Positions 62,608-64,000 of a stretch of DNA of 64,000 bases are shown in pieces (within the stretch, counting starts at the first letter, position 1; every line of letters starts with the position of its first letter). Position numbers and translations under genes: made by a program. The notes below the pieces were generated by a model. The model had not been told where the DNA came from and made no database searches. It saw nothing but the letters and a program-made list of their open reading frames with translations. The stretch is from a virus. The stretch lies in IMG/VR virus record IMGVR_UViG_3300042507_004023; one strand, 5' to 3'.

Positions 62608-62722
62608 CGGGTATCTGGTCCTTACCTATAGATTATTTCATTCAAACCGGACACTGATATTTAGTGGGTGTGTTTGAGTGCCCCCGAAAAATTCTAGAAG
62701 ATTTACACAGAAAGTTTACACC

Positions 62723-63304
62723 ATGTCAAAAAACTCTCACTACATTGATAATCAAAAATTCTTGAAAGAAATTCTTCAATACAAAAAGTCGGTTAGACTT
62801 GCTGAAAAAGAAGGATCTCCAAAACCAGGAGTTAGCAACTATATCGGACAATGCTTTATAGACATTGCTGAAAATCTAGCCAAAAAGCCAAACTTTGCAA
62901 ACTATCATTTCAAGGATGAGATGATTAGCGATGCGGTGGAAAACTGCATCATGTATACCAATAATTTTAATCCAAAGAAGTCCAAGAACCCATTCGCGTT
63001 TTTCACACAGATAATCTTCTATGCTTTTCTTCGTCGCATACAGAAAGAGAAAAAGCAGTTGTATATCAAGATGAAGCAATTCGAAGAGTTCGATCCATCA
63101 GGCAAATTTAGGAATTGGCTGAAGGATAAGTTTGAGCCAGATCAAAACCCATTCTCGGATATTTTAGAAATAACTCCCGAAGACATGCAAGTTTTTGAAA
63201 CTAAAATGAAGGGTAAAAAGAAGGTTGTAGTCAAGAAGAAGAAGAAAGTTAAAAAAACTTCTGTGAAAACTACATCATCTCGCCTTGACAATTTTATCAA
63301 GTAA
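62723..63304 (+). CDS. gp55: Late sigma factor gp55
   Basis: HYIDNQKFL; NYIGQCFIDIAENLAKKPNFANY.FKDEMISDAVENC; NPFAFFTQIIFYAFLRRIQKEKKQ. Start revised to ATG 62723. Confidence 0.97.
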   Translation: MSKNSHYIDNQKFLKEILQYKKSVRLAEKEGSPKPGVSNYIGQCFIDIAENLAKKPNFANYHFKDEMISDAVENCIMYTNNFNPKKSKNPFAFFTQIIFYAFLRRIQKEKKQLYIKMKQFEEFDPSGKFRNWLKDKFEPDQNPFSDILEITPEDMQVFETKMKGKKKVVVKKKKKVKKTSVKTTSSRLDNFIK

Positions 63305-63312
63305 GGTATACT
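63285..63312 (+). promoter_or_regulatory. Sigma70-type promoter TTGACA-N16-TATACT for gp47
   Basis: Near-consensus boxes; ATG 7 nt after the -10 box. Confidence 0.72.
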
Positions 63313-63319
63313 TGAGCGT

Positions 63320-64000
63320 ATGAAGATTGCTGTGCTGTGTGATACCCATTTTGGGGCGCGAAACGATTCTCCAATCTTTCTGCACTACTTCTTTCGTTTT
63401 TTGGATGAGGTTTTCTTTCCTCATCTAGAACGAGAAGGTATTACAGAGGTGCTGCATCTTGGCGACCTGATGGATAGGCGTAAGTTTGTCAACTTTGCCA
63501 CGCTTCACGAAACACGAGAGCGTTTTATTCAACGCTTGATTCAAAAGGGTATTCGTGCAAACATTCTTTTGGGTAATCACGACACTTACTTTCGCAACAC
63601 TAGCAGCATCAATTCTATTGAAGAATTGTTTGGTGGTATGGAAAAGCAAGGTATCACAGTTCACAAAGATCCAACTGAACTGACACTTGGTGGAACCAAG
63701 TTTTTGTTGCTACCGTGGATTAATCGCAGCAACGAAGAAGTAAGCCGAGATTTAATTGCCAAAACAAATGCACCAATTGTTGTGGGACATCTTGAACTAA
63801 CAGGTTTTGAGGTTCTTCGTGGAACCAAGTTTGAAAACGGCATGGATCCTGCTCCTCTGAAGAGATTTCAAGCAGTGTATAGTGGTCACTTTCACTGCAA
63901 ACACTCCAAGGATAATGTTCACTACTTGGGAACTCCGTATCAGATTACCTTTGGCGATCTGAATGAACCAAAAGGATTTCATGTGTTTGATACGGATGAT
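63320..64000 (+). CDS. gp47: Recombination endonuclease subunit gp47 (Mre11/SbcD-like), runs off the window end
   Basis: Not in the ORF track (no stop). MKIAVLCDTHFGARNDS...LHLGDLMDRRK...LGNHD...LLPWI...GHLEL.GF...SGHFH. Confidence 0.96.
   Translation, partial: MKIAVLCDTHFGARNDSPIFLHYFFRFLDEVFFPHLEREGITEVLHLGDLMDRRKFVNFATLHETRERFIQRLIQKGIRANILLGNHDTYFRNTSSINSIEELFGGMEKQGITVHKDPTELTLGGTKFLLLPWINRSNEEVSRDLIAKTNAPIVVGHLELTGFEVLRGTKFENGMDPAPLKRFQAVYSGHFHCKHSKDNVHYLGTPYQITFGDLNEPKGFHVFDTDD

Noticed and set aside
1-64000. Stop-codon reassignment, as in some large phages
   Set aside because: Core genes are full length in the standard code with dense coding; TAA, TGA and TAG (gp59) all act as stops.

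Overview
A 64-kb segment of a large T4-like myophage (Caudoviricetes) genome, standard genetic code, covering almost all of virion morphogenesis. 1-23.6 kb (minus strand): DUF4815-type protein (partial), gp8, a giant 3120-aa gp7, gp6, gp25, a membrane protein, PAAR, gp5, hub, gp53, gp48. 23.7-29.4 kb (plus): gp4, gp2, gp54-like, gp26, gp51 and a probable tape measure. 29.4-33.9 kb (minus): gp32, gp59, gp33, exonuclease, FmdB-type Zn ribbon, UV-damage endonuclease and two small early genes. 34-64 kb (plus): conserved hypotheticals, a GT2-TPR glycosyltransferase, tail fibre, gp13-gp23, two gp3-like genes, uvsY, uvsW, two paralogous orphan cassettes, gp55 and gp47 (partial). The best candidate for an undescribed system is virion glycosylation: a late-promoter-driven GT2-TPR enzyme beside the fibre gene, together with a G-x-T-[G/A] motif enriched in exposed structural proteins (including a loop of the major capsid protein) and scarce in the non-exposed and enzymatic proteins checked. 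The gp7 appears to carry a ~7-kb insertion with a hyaluronidase(GH56)-like barrel and 21 Cys-rich modules (162 Cys) whose Cys counts stay even through compensatory changes. No tRNA, rRNA, CRISPR array, intron or intein was recognised. All family assignments are by motif recognition from memory; no database search was run.
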